This document shows positions 40,610 to 49,903 of a stretch of DNA of 63,969 nucleotides, piece after piece. Every line of letters begins with the position of its first letter. The stretch's first letter is position 1. The translations under genes and the position numbers were made by a program. Source of the DNA: Cytophagales bacterium (GTDB lineage: Bacteria; Bacteroidota; Bacteroidia; Cytophagales; UBA9547); the NCBI GenBank assembly GCA_014376535.1, contig JACMRH010000063.1:1-63969 (forward strand), given 5' to 3'. The notes under the pieces are model-generated. The model saw nothing but the letters and a program-made list of their open reading frames with translations, was not told the DNA's origin and made no database searches.

Positions 40610-41956
40610 TTAGTTTTTCTGGTTTTCTTTTGAAACAATTTCCCTGAATTCATCTACACTTACTTGTCTTTCAGAAACAGAGACTTTGCTTACTATATAT
40701 TCTAACGTTTTTTCGAACTCAATTTGTTCCGCAAGCTTGTTAAAGTTCTTTCCATTTTCTTCGGTGAGGTATTTTTCAACCATTTTATTTACAACATCTT
40801 CAATTTCAGGTGTAGGCTGCATTTGTCCGAAGTAGCCAAGGTACATATTTTTTGCCCTCGCCATTACTTCTTCCTGATCTACCTGCAAACCTGCTTCGTC
40901 TGCGATTTTACCCTGAATTAAATTCCACTTCAAGCCATCTAAAAACGGGCCAAAGTCTTTGTCGATTGTTTGGGGCGTCACTTTGTCAGGATTTCTTACC
41001 AGCATCCACCTTTTTAAAAAATCAACTGGCAATTCGATGTTTACCGTCTGTACCAAACTTCTGTAAACATTGCCTTTTAAAAATTCCTGGGTTTCTGTTT
41101 GATAATTACGTTCTATGTCTTCCTTAAGTTTTATACTAAACTCTTCAAAGTTGTTTACTGCATCTTTTCCAAACACTTTATCATAAAACTCCTGGTTGTA
41201 ATCTGCTAAGGCCTGGTGATGTATTTTCTCCACTATAAGCTCGTAATCGCCATTCATTGTTTCGGCCTGATCCTTTGTGGCACCAGATGCATGTGCGATA
41301 TAAGCACTGTCATCATTGAATCCTTTTCTTATATCAAAGACGATTTTGTCGTTCAGCACCTTTCCAATAAACTTAGGTAATTCACTTTCAGAAATCTTAT
41401 TTAAAGGTATCATGGTGTTTTTCTCAAAACTTCCATCCAATGCTTTTAAATTTCCTGTGATATAGTCTTCTTCGGAAACTATGTCAGCTTCAACATTAAC
41501 ACCAAACTGTTTTCTAAGGTTTTCAGTAGTTTCCTTGATAACCTCTTGTGTTACATTGATGCGTAAAGCTTCAAATTTCCTGTTGTTATTTATTTGCGGG
41601 TCAAATTCAGGAACCAGACCAACTTCATATTCAAATTCAAAATCTTTTTGGGCATGCCAGTCAACCGCACTTTTTAGTTTTGGCAATGGCTCACCTATAA
41701 TGTTCAATTTGTTTTCTCTGATGTAACCTAATACACTTTCAGAAAGCAAAGAATTAATTTGTTCAACTTTAATATTAGTACCATACATTTTTTCCACTAC
41801 ACTGGCGGGCACATGACCAGGCCTGAAACCCTTTAGCTGTACCTTTTTTCCGTATTCTTTTAATTTCTCCTTGTATTTAGGTGAATAATCTGCCTCCCCC
41901 AAAGACACGGTAAGCAGTGCGTTTACATTATCAGTTTTTTGGTACTGGATATTCAT
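40610..41956 (-). CDS. tig: Trigger factor
   Basis: N-terminal ribosome-binding region with GFRPGHVP, about 448 aa, immediately upstream of clpP-clpX. Confidence 0.9.
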   Translation of the reverse strand: MNIQYQKTDNVNALLTVSLGEADYSPKYKEKLKEYGKKVQLKGFRPGHVPASVVEKMYGTNIKVEQINSLLSESVLGYIRENKLNIIGEPLPKLKSAVDWHAQKDFEFEYEVGLVPEFDPQINNNRKFEALRINVTQEVIKETTENLRKQFGVNVEADIVSEEDYITGNLKALDGSFEKNTMIPLNKISESELPKFIGKVLNDKIVFDIRKGFNDDSAYIAHASGATKDQAETMNGDYELIVEKIHHQALADYNQEFYDKVFGKDAVNNFEEFSIKLKEDIERNYQTETQEFLKGNVYRSLVQTVNIELPVDFLKRWMLVRNPDKVTPQTIDKDFGPFLDGLKWNLIQGKIADEAGLQVDQEEVMARAKNMYLGYFGQMQPTPEIEDVVNKMVEKYLTEENGKNFNKLAEQIEFEKTLEYIVSKVSVSERQVSVDEFREIVSKENQKN

Positions 41957-42694
41957 TTATCAGATTTTGTTAAAAGAGGCGCAAAGGTAAGAAATTCTCA
42001 GAAATGAGATTATAATATGCGAGCAGTTTTGTGTTTAACTAACAATTGGAATATTTTAAAATCTTTATTCCCAATTATATACGAACGTTCTTAATGAGAC
42101 AAAATTCGTGGCTTGACTATAGTTGGTTACTTATAGAATAGTAATATTTCCGTAAATAATGGATGGTTGCCTGAAAATTGATTTCTCTGGTAGTTTTAAG
42201 GATATTTAATTTTACTATTTTTTTTCATTCCTGCTTTCATCTTTAAATTTCATTAAAAAAACATAATGCAACTATCAAATAATAAAGACCAGATCCCGGA
42301 TGCAATTGCAACTTCAGGATTTATCAATACATGATGACCTTATTTCACGTGATGATCTTAGAAAGCAAACAGATGAAATTCTAACCTCGTTTTTAAAAGC
42401 TATAAATTCAGGTGTTTTTGATATCTGACGGTAAAAGTGGTGCCATTTTTAATTTTACCTGGCTAATAGATGAAGTTATGTTATATAAAGCCTAAAATTT
42501 GAGGTTATTTTTTAATTAATATGTTTACTGAATATGGTAAAAGTTCATAACATTTATATGAACTAAATAGTTATATAATTATGTTGTAGCCTTTAATAGT
42601 CCCAATTTGTTCTTCTTTATTAAGAAATTCAGTTTTCTTGATATAACTTTGTAATCGTTGTTTCTCCGCAGCAAAACAGTAAAATTTTAACAAA

Positions 42695-43474
42695 ATGACA
42701 GCAATCTTAATTTTCTTCTTCGCTCACTGGTATTTATCCCTATTCAGCCAGACGTTTTATCTGCACCGTTACTCAGCACATAAGCTATTCACAATGAATA
42801 AGTTCTGGGAAAAATTCTTTTATCTGTTTACTTATATCACGCAAGGATCTTCTTTTCTTTCTCCAAGGGCCTATGCAATTTTACATAGAATGCATCACGC
42901 TTATAGCGACACTCCGCAAGATCCGCATTCTCCCCACAACACAAATAATTTGTTTAAAATGATGTGGGATACAAAAAATATTTACAACGACTATTTCGCT
43001 TATACACGCAAACCAGAAGATCGTTTTTCAAAGGACATTCCTCAATGGAGATTTATAGAATCTTTAGGTGATACTTGGATGTCAAGAATGGGTTGGGGCA
43101 CTATATATGTTTTGTTTTATCTTTATTTTGTTCCTGCAGGTATGTGGTATCTGTATTTATTACTTCCAATACACTTTTTAATGGGCCCTGTGCATGGTGC
43201 GGTAGTTAACTGGTGTGGTCATATGTATGGATACAGTAATTATGATAACAATGATAAATCTAAAAATTCACTTGTTTTTGACCTTGTTATGGGCGGAGAA
43301 TTATTTCAAAACAATCACCATAAAAACCCATTGAGTTCTAACTTCGCATCTAAATGGTTTGAATTCGATCCAACATATCCTGTTATAAAAATGCTTTCTG
43401 CTTTGAGGATAATTAAAATGGCACCAGGTATTCCAATTGAAATGCCACACCATATCAAAGCAAAAGCTGCTTAA
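42695..43474 (+). CDS. Acyl-CoA/acyl-lipid fatty acid desaturase (membrane, di-iron)
   Basis: Histidine boxes HRYSAH, HRMHH and QNNHH, plus hydrophobic helices. Confidence 0.85.
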   Translation: MTAILIFFFAHWYLSLFSQTFYLHRYSAHKLFTMNKFWEKFFYLFTYITQGSSFLSPRAYAILHRMHHAYSDTPQDPHSPHNTNNLFKMMWDTKNIYNDYFAYTRKPEDRFSKDIPQWRFIESLGDTWMSRMGWGTIYVLFYLYFVPAGMWYLYLLLPIHFLMGPVHGAVVNWCGHMYGYSNYDNNDKSKNSLVFDLVMGGELFQNNHHKNPLSSNFASKWFEFDPTYPVIKMLSALRIIKMAPGIPIEMPHHIKAKAA

Positions 43475-43497
43475 CTTTAGCGATAAACTTATTTAAG

Positions 43498-43528
43498 GGG
43501 TCAGATATTCAATTATCTGACCCTTTTT
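43498..43528 (+). terminator. Rho-independent terminator after the desaturase gene
   Basis: GGGTCAGAT-8 nt-ATCTGACCC followed by TTTTT. Confidence 0.65.
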
Positions 43529-44265
43529 TATGAGTTCCAGATTTTCCAGGCCTCTTCTGCCTGCAAGTGCAACATTTCTAAACCATTTTTTACTGTAGCC
43601 CTCTGATTCATTCCCTTTTGCATAAAAAGTGTTATTTCTGGATTATAAACAAGGTCGAACAGAAAATGTCCTTTTCCAATGAAGGTATAATTTATATCCG
43701 GGCAAGTATCTATTTTTGGGAACATGCCTAAAGGAGAAGTATTAATAATCAATTTATGGTCTTCAATAATTTCCTTTGATAATTGATCGTAAGATAAAAT
43801 ATCAGTTTTTTGGCGAGATACGTATTGATATTGAATCTTTAAAGTTTTTAAAGCTCCTTCCACTGCTTTTGCTGCTCCGCCTGTGCCCAGGATAAGGGCT
43901 TTTATACCATTATAATTTTCAGGCAGCATTCTTTTTAATGATTCTAAAAAGCCATAATAATCTGAATTGTAACCCTTTAGTTTCTTGTCGCTGCCAACTT
44001 TAATAACATTTACAGCACCAACGAATTCTGCTGATACATCAAGAATATCAAGAAAAGGTAAAACCTGTTGCTTATATGGTATGGTAACATTTAAACCTAT
44101 CAGTTCAGGATTGTTTTTTAAAATTGATGTAAATTGTTCAATTCCAGGTATTTCATAGTTTTCGTAGGCGCAATCTTTAATGTTTTCTTTTTCAAATTTT
44201 GAAGAAAAGTATTTTTTTGAAAATGAGTGGGTAAGCGGGAAACCAATAAGGCCGAAACGTTTCAT
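43528..44265 (-). CDS. aroE: Shikimate dehydrogenase
   Basis: FGLIGFPLTHSFSKKYF, NVTIPYK, GYNSDYYGF and the Rossmann motif ILGTGGAAKAV. Confidence 0.9.
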   Translation of the reverse strand: MKRFGLIGFPLTHSFSKKYFSSKFEKENIKDCAYENYEIPGIEQFTSILKNNPELIGLNVTIPYKQQVLPFLDILDVSAEFVGAVNVIKVGSDKKLKGYNSDYYGFLESLKRMLPENYNGIKALILGTGGAAKAVEGALKTLKIQYQYVSRQKTDILSYDQLSKEIIEDHKLIINTSPLGMFPKIDTCPDINYTFIGKGHFLFDLVYNPEITLFMQKGMNQRATVKNGLEMLHLQAEEAWKIWNS

Positions 44266-44332
44266 ATATTTATTAATATGCTAAGCTAAATAAATGGAAT
44301 GAGTTTATGGTCAGAAGACTATCTTCGTAACG

Positions 44333-45514
44333 ATGAAAAGATTGATTTTTATCTGGTTGGTAATGGGGTGCTTAGGACTCAAGGGTCAGGGATTACTTGA
44401 TTTATTGAAATCTGATACATCAGAAATTATTCAAAAGGTATTAAAGGATTCAGCAAAATACCGTTTGCAAATAATTTATACCAAGATTGAAAAAACAAGT
44501 TCTTTTTTAAAAAGGGATAGATCCAATCTCATTACAGAATATATCAGGAATAAACCTGAAGAATACTTTTTCCCAGCAAGTTTGGTGAAAATGCCAGTTG
44601 CAGCTTTAGCCTTAGAAAAATTAAATGAATTGAAAGTTTTTGGGGTGAATGAGTATACTCCCTTTGCACCACTTTCAGATTTTCAATGCAATAAATCAGA
44701 TGTTCCATCTGCCCCATTGACAACTCATGATCTAATTGATAAAATATTTGTCTACAGCGATAATCATGCATTTAATTATTTGTATGAGTTATGCGGACAA
44801 GCATTTATAAACAGAAGATTGCAACAGCTTGGATACTCAAATGCCAGGATCATAGAAAAAATATCCCGATGCAATACTTTGCAAAATGGGGAAACAGGGC
44901 CTGTTGTTTTTTACGATAATCAAAAAACATTACACATAGAAGGAAGACAAATGCCTATTTCATTGAAACAGGTATCAGTTAATATGAAAATTGGTAAAGG
45001 ATATTTGTGGAATGGAAAATATGTGTCTTCTCCAAAAGATTTTAGCACATCAAATGTTGTTACTTTAAGCGATTTTCATCAAATGCTGATATCTTTTGTA
45101 TTGCCTGAGAAGGTAAAAGATAATCAACGGTTTTTAATATCAGAATCCCAAAGAAAAGGTTTGTTAGAATCCATGTGCAAATTACCTAGCGAATATTATC
45201 CTGATTCATGCAATAAACAGACTTTTAAAGATACCCATGTAAAGTATTTAATGGGATACAGGGATTCTATTCCTTCACATTGGAAGATATACAATAAGGT
45301 TGGCCTGGCGCACGGCTTTATCAGCGATTGTACCTATTTTGAAGATAAGGAAAAGGATATCAGCTTTTTTCTTTCAGCTGTAATCTATGTGAATGAGGAC
45401 AATATTTTAAACGATGGAAAGTATGAATATTATTCCGTAGGATTTCCCTTTATGCGTGCTTTAGGGAAGCTAGTTTATAATTATGAACTGCAAATGAAAG
45501 GGAATAAGAATTAA
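44333..45514 (+). CDS. Serine hydrolase, class A beta-lactamase-related family
   Basis: Signal peptide, SxxK motif in FFPASLVKMPVA, SDN-like YSDNHAFN, and a late KVG (KTG-like) motif. Confidence 0.65.
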   Translation: MKRLIFIWLVMGCLGLKGQGLLDLLKSDTSEIIQKVLKDSAKYRLQIIYTKIEKTSSFLKRDRSNLITEYIRNKPEEYFFPASLVKMPVAALALEKLNELKVFGVNEYTPFAPLSDFQCNKSDVPSAPLTTHDLIDKIFVYSDNHAFNYLYELCGQAFINRRLQQLGYSNARIIEKISRCNTLQNGETGPVVFYDNQKTLHIEGRQMPISLKQVSVNMKIGKGYLWNGKYVSSPKDFSTSNVVTLSDFHQMLISFVLPEKVKDNQRFLISESQRKGLLESMCKLPSEYYPDSCNKQTFKDTHVKYLMGYRDSIPSHWKIYNKVGLAHGFISDCTYFEDKEKDISFFLSAVIYVNEDNILNDGKYEYYSVGFPFMRALGKLVYNYELQMKGNKN

Positions 45515-45926
45515 TTGGCTTATAGGTAATTGGTTATAGCTTTAGAATAGTTCAATTTTCGATAGCTGCTTAATGTTAATCCCCGGCCTTGGAAATATGA
45601 CGTTAAGAATTTCTTCAGGAGCGATGGCAAAAGAAAGACTGCTTGCCCATTTATTATCAAGATTGAGTACTTAGTATTAAGACTGCTGCATAAAGAATGA
45701 ATCTGGCAACTTTCATCCTCTGCACACAATACACAACTGAATATAAGATTTCGTGCGTGGTGAAAGAAATTTAGTCATTTCTTTCACAGCCTTGCTTCTT
45801 AAACTCCTTCCCTGTAAAGGGAAGGTGGCTGAAAGCCGGAAAGGTAGATGGGTAAAGCCAAAAGAAGTCTTAAGAAATGATAAGGCCTGATCTTGTGGCG
45901 TTCATCAATAAAAATTTCTAACAAAC

Positions 45927-46754
45927 TTAAATTGTATAGTTATAAGTTAAAGGATCAGGAAACTTAAATTGATATCCTGTGGTATCTAATAACTTTTTTA
46001 CAAATATTTTCTTGCCAGAATTCTCGTCATCAGAATATCCTGGCAGAGGCAAATTAAATCTCCGACAGTCATTTGTGTAAAGTTCTTTTTTTGAAGGATG
46101 AATAGGAGAGCAAATATTGAAAACTCCGGTTTCAAAATCAGTTAATAAAAAAGAACATAAAATGGATATTGCGTCATCAAGATGAACTAGGTTCACTGGG
46201 AAATTGCCATTTTTTAAATTTGTTTTTCCAGCAAAATGCTTTGCCAATAATCTGTTCCCCCCAGTTAATCCACCAAATCGAAGTACGTAAGCAGGAATTT
46301 TAGCTTCCAGAACACATTTTTCTGCCAGGTACAATCCTGAGTTTCCAGTATTTCGAATGTTAAGTTCGTACTCTTCAGAAACTTCACCAGGCGTTTCTGG
46401 ATAAACCGAGGTAGAACTAATCAGGATTACTTTTTTAATTGAGGAGCTTTGAATTTGGTTTAATATATCTCGGATCGCTTTCCAATACCATTCCCCATCT
46501 GTGCTTTTAGATTTTGGAGGAAATGAAAGGATTAATATTTCCTTGTCTAAAATGGTCTTAGGCACTTTATCTGCTCCAGCATTGAAAAGAGAGGCCTGTA
46601 TTTTGGCTGTTCCTAAAAGACCTAGTTTATCAATGGATGTTGTAGTTCCCGCAACATGAACTCCTAATTCTATAAGGGTTTTGGCAAACGGAAATCCAAG
46701 CCAACCGCAACCTAAAATTCCCACAGAGGGTAAATTCTTACTTTGTCCTTCCAT
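45927..46754 (-). CDS. NAD(P)-binding Rossmann protein (SDR / epimerase-like)
   Basis: N-terminal VGILGCGWLGFPFAKTL dinucleotide-binding motif, 275 aa. Confidence 0.7.
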   Translation of the reverse strand: MEGQSKNLPSVGILGCGWLGFPFAKTLIELGVHVAGTTTSIDKLGLLGTAKIQASLFNAGADKVPKTILDKEILILSFPPKSKSTDGEWYWKAIRDILNQIQSSSIKKVILISSTSVYPETPGEVSEEYELNIRNTGNSGLYLAEKCVLEAKIPAYVLRFGGLTGGNRLLAKHFAGKTNLKNGNFPVNLVHLDDAISILCSFLLTDFETGVFNICSPIHPSKKELYTNDCRRFNLPLPGYSDDENSGKKIFVKKLLDTTGYQFKFPDPLTYNYTI

Positions 46755-46837
46755 CTTTTATTGATTCAAAAGTAGGAAACTTTTTATGAAATCAATTGTT
46801 CGTAATTTTATAAATTGTCGTAAATTACGAAAGTATT

Positions 46838-47896
46838 ATGTCCGACAATCCAATTAAAGGGCGTGGCGCCCAGATGAATACTAAGAACAAGTTTCTCAAA
46901 AGAGAATTTGTAATTGAGCATTTGGAAGGTATAGATGAAGAGTTTGTGGAGAATCCTAAAACCACTTATTTTATTGACTCTCCAAAACAAATTCTGAACA
47001 AAATTGTAAGTCCGGATTTAAGAGGCGAATATTCAATGAATCCTTACCAGGGTTGTGAACATGGTTGTATTTATTGTTATGCCAGAAATACTCATACTTA
47101 TTATGGGTTTAGTGCGGGCATTGATTTCGAACAAAAAATAATAGTTAAAATAAATTCTCCAAAGGTTTTAGAAGAAGCCTTTGACAATAAAAACTGGCAG
47201 CCAACATCAGTTATGCTTGCTGGGAATACTGATATTTATCAACCTGCCGAGCGTAAATATAAGATTACAAGGCAGTTACTTGAAGTGTTTTTAAAATACA
47301 AAAATCCTGTGAGCATTATCACCAAAAATAGCCTGATACTGCGGGATATTGATTTGCTAAAGGAACTCTCCAAGCTGAATCTTGTGCATGTCAACATTAG
47401 CATAACCTCTTTAAATGAAGAAACCAGGTTGAAATTGGAACCCCGAACAGCAACTGCCAAACAAAGGTTAAAGGTTGTCCAGGAATTATCGTCAGCTGGC
47501 ATTCCTGTAAATGTGATGATTGCACCAATAATACCTTCGCTTACCTGCCATGAAATTCCGGAAATAATGAAACAAATTGCAGATGCCGGAGCTTTATCAG
47601 CTGCTTACACAATGGTGAGGCTCAATGGACAAATAGGGGAGATCTTTACTGATTGGATAACCAAGCAATATCCTGACAGGGCAGAAAGAGTTTTGAACCA
47701 GATCAGAGAAGTACATGGCGGTAGCTTGAATGACAGCCAGTTTGGAAGAAGAATGAGTGGGGAAGGAAAGTATGCTGAAGCTATAAATATGCTATTCAAA
47801 CTGGCTAAAGAGAAGTATTTAAAGGGAAGGATTTATCCTCCCCTTTCAACTGAACATTTTAAAAGACCTGAAAAAGGCCAATTGTCTATATTTTAG
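46838..47896 (+). CDS. Radical SAM protein (PA0069 / SplB-like family)
   Basis: CxxxCxxC cluster motif GCEHGCIYCYARNTH and the N-terminal NPIKGRGAQ typical of the PA0069 family. Confidence 0.85.
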   Translation: MSDNPIKGRGAQMNTKNKFLKREFVIEHLEGIDEEFVENPKTTYFIDSPKQILNKIVSPDLRGEYSMNPYQGCEHGCIYCYARNTHTYYGFSAGIDFEQKIIVKINSPKVLEEAFDNKNWQPTSVMLAGNTDIYQPAERKYKITRQLLEVFLKYKNPVSIITKNSLILRDIDLLKELSKLNLVHVNISITSLNEETRLKLEPRTATAKQRLKVVQELSSAGIPVNVMIAPIIPSLTCHEIPEIMKQIADAGALSAAYTMVRLNGQIGEIFTDWITKQYPDRAERVLNQIREVHGGSLNDSQFGRRMSGEGKYAEAINMLFKLAKEKYLKGRIYPPLSTEHFKRPEKGQLSIF

Positions 47897-47922
47897 TTAT
47901 TGCTTTCGGCATTGGCTAAGCC

Positions 47923-48345
47923 TTAAGCCTTTTCAAGTGTAGCAATATCAAATTTTTTCATTTTCATAAAAGCTGCCATCACTCTTTGTGATCTTGCAGG
48001 ATCACTCATAAGTTTACTTAATATGGTAGGAACAATTTGCCATGAAAGTCCAAATTTATCCTTTAGCCAACCACAGTTGCTTTCCAGGCCACCAGCAGTA
48101 AGTTTAGTCCAATAATTATCAATTTCTTCTTGTGTATCACAGTTCACAACCAAAGAAACAGCTTCGTTAAACTTAAAATGCGGACCACCATTTAGCGCCA
48201 TATATTGCGTGCCGTTCAATTCAAACATCACCACCATTGGAGTATCGACCGTAATTTTGGAATTTACGAAAACAGAACAATAAAATTCCGCTGCTTCTTT
48301 GGCCTGTCCATCAAACCAAAGACAAGGATAAATCTGATTTTTCAT
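47923..48345 (-). CDS. VOC family protein (3-demethylubiquinone-9 3-methyltransferase-like domain, PhnB-like)
   Basis: The N-terminus IYPCLWFDGQAKEAAEFY and the C-terminus WLKDKFGLSWQIVP are family-typical. Confidence 0.8.
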   Translation of the reverse strand: MKNQIYPCLWFDGQAKEAAEFYCSVFVNSKITVDTPMVVMFELNGTQYMALNGGPHFKFNEAVSLVVNCDTQEEIDNYWTKLTAGGLESNCGWLKDKFGLSWQIVPTILSKLMSDPARSQRVMAAFMKMKKFDIATLEKA

Positions 48346-48376
48346 TTAATTAATCTTTTAGTTTAAGTAAATGAAA

Positions 48377-49102
48377 TTATGCCTGATTCATTCTGGTAAA
48401 GGTATTCTTTAAATCTTCAGCACTTGCATTGGCCATGTTTTGACTAAAACCAAAAGTAAGTTCTGTTTTTCCTTCTTTCATCTGGTTAAAAACAGCTTCT
48501 ATAAATTCACTTACCGGTGGTGCAGTATCATGCAAGCCTTTGCCACCCAAATCGGTATTAAGTGCTGGTGGGATCATTTCTATAACTTCAATATTTCTGG
48601 CTTTGAGCAAATTTCTCGTGGATAGCGTAAATGAATGAAAAAACGCTTTTGTAGCGGAATAAACCGGAACTTTTGTTAAAGGAACAAATGATAGTCCTGA
48701 TGTAACATTAATTATCGCATTCAGGCTTTTTAGATTAATAAAAAGGGAAGTCAAATGCAGTGGTGCTTCAATATTGGTAGTGATCTCCATTTTTGCATTC
48801 TGGTAAAAATCCGGATCTGAAATATTCATCCAATTTTGGATGCCTGCATTATTGACAAGTATATTCAAATCAGGATGGCTTGAAGAAACCCAATTAAATA
48901 GTTCTATTCTTTCTGATTCAACCGATAAATCACAAACTCTGGTGATGATAGAAGAAAACTTATCAGCCACTTCTTTTAAAACTGATTCTCTTCGTCCACA
49001 AACAATTACCGTGTTGTTTTCTTTAAGAAATCTTTCAGTAAGACCTAAGCCAATACCACTAGCACCACCTGTAATTAAAATTTTGTTTCCTGATAATTTC
49101 AT
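48377..49102 (-). CDS. SDR family oxidoreductase (DltE-like)
   Basis: TGGASGIG cofactor motif, NNAG, and the catalytic YSATK. Confidence 0.88.
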   Translation of the reverse strand: MKLSGNKILITGGASGIGLGLTERFLKENNTVIVCGRRESVLKEVADKFSSIITRVCDLSVESERIELFNWVSSSHPDLNILVNNAGIQNWMNISDPDFYQNAKMEITTNIEAPLHLTSLFINLKSLNAIINVTSGLSFVPLTKVPVYSATKAFFHSFTLSTRNLLKARNIEVIEMIPPALNTDLGGKGLHDTAPPVSEFIEAVFNQMKEGKTELTFGFSQNMANASAEDLKNTFTRMNQA

Positions 49103-49565
49103 ATAGTTTTTTTTATATTTCTTAACGTTGAATGGTTATTCAAATTATTTTTTGCCCACCCTTTCTATGGACCTGAAACTCAAGCCGCTCCAGGTTTTAT
49201 CAATTGATATGGCGGTTACAGTAGATATACCACATTTCTCCGCTTTTAACCGTAAAGGATTTCTGTTGATGTCGGTTTTTATTTTGGAAGTTCCTTCGAT
49301 ATAAACCAACCATAAAACACTGTCATATTCAATACTTTCCAGATCGTTTTGGAGAAAAGCTTGCTAATTCTTTGTTGTTGTTTATAAAAACTAAAGTGTT
49401 AGTACTCTTGTTTTTTTTATCTTGAGAAATATCAAAACCTGCTTCAAAAAAGTCTTTCTTAATTAATGACGGAGCATTCAGAATAATGCTTTCCCCTTAA
49501 ATTTTAATTTTTTACTTATCTCCAGCATTGGTTTATATCTTTAAAAATAAGTTATTGTCTTTTAC

Positions 49566-49763
49566 CTATTCACCTATTATTTTCTGAACCCTTCCTATTT
49601 GACCATCTTCCAGCCTTACTTTTATTCCTCTATGGTGTTTAGGGACACTTGTAAGAAGATCTTTCACAATTCCCTGAGTTAGATTTCCTGTCTTTTGATC
49701 CTTTTTTAAGACAATCAGCACTTCAACTCCCTTTTTAATATCAGCTCTTATTTTGCCATCCAT
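49566..49763 (-). CDS. YwbE family protein (DUF2196)
   Basis: MDGKIRADIKKGVEVLIVLKKDQKTGNLTQGIVKDLLT...HHRGIKVRLEDGQIGRVQKI matches the ~65-aa YwbE pattern. I prefer the internal ATG at 49763 over the ORF-track start at 49844. Confidence 0.75.
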   Translation of the reverse strand: MDGKIRADIKKGVEVLIVLKKDQKTGNLTQGIVKDLLTSVPKHHRGIKVRLEDGQIGRVQKIIGE

Positions 49764-49903
49764 TTGGAAAAATTTAAAATGCAATTTAATCATTGCAAAA
49801 GTTTTGCCTACAGGAAATAACAAACGTTTTTTTGAAACATACAAGGCAAATTAGAAAACACCACTATAAGCCCTACTTTTGCAATAGTTACGCTCATTAA
49901 TCA

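Noticed and set aside
45520-45729. 69-aa minus-strand ORF in the hydrolase/SDR convergent gap
   Set aside because: It has no signal, motif or plausible promoter context and lies in a region better explained as structured non-coding sequence. The coding call is unsupported.
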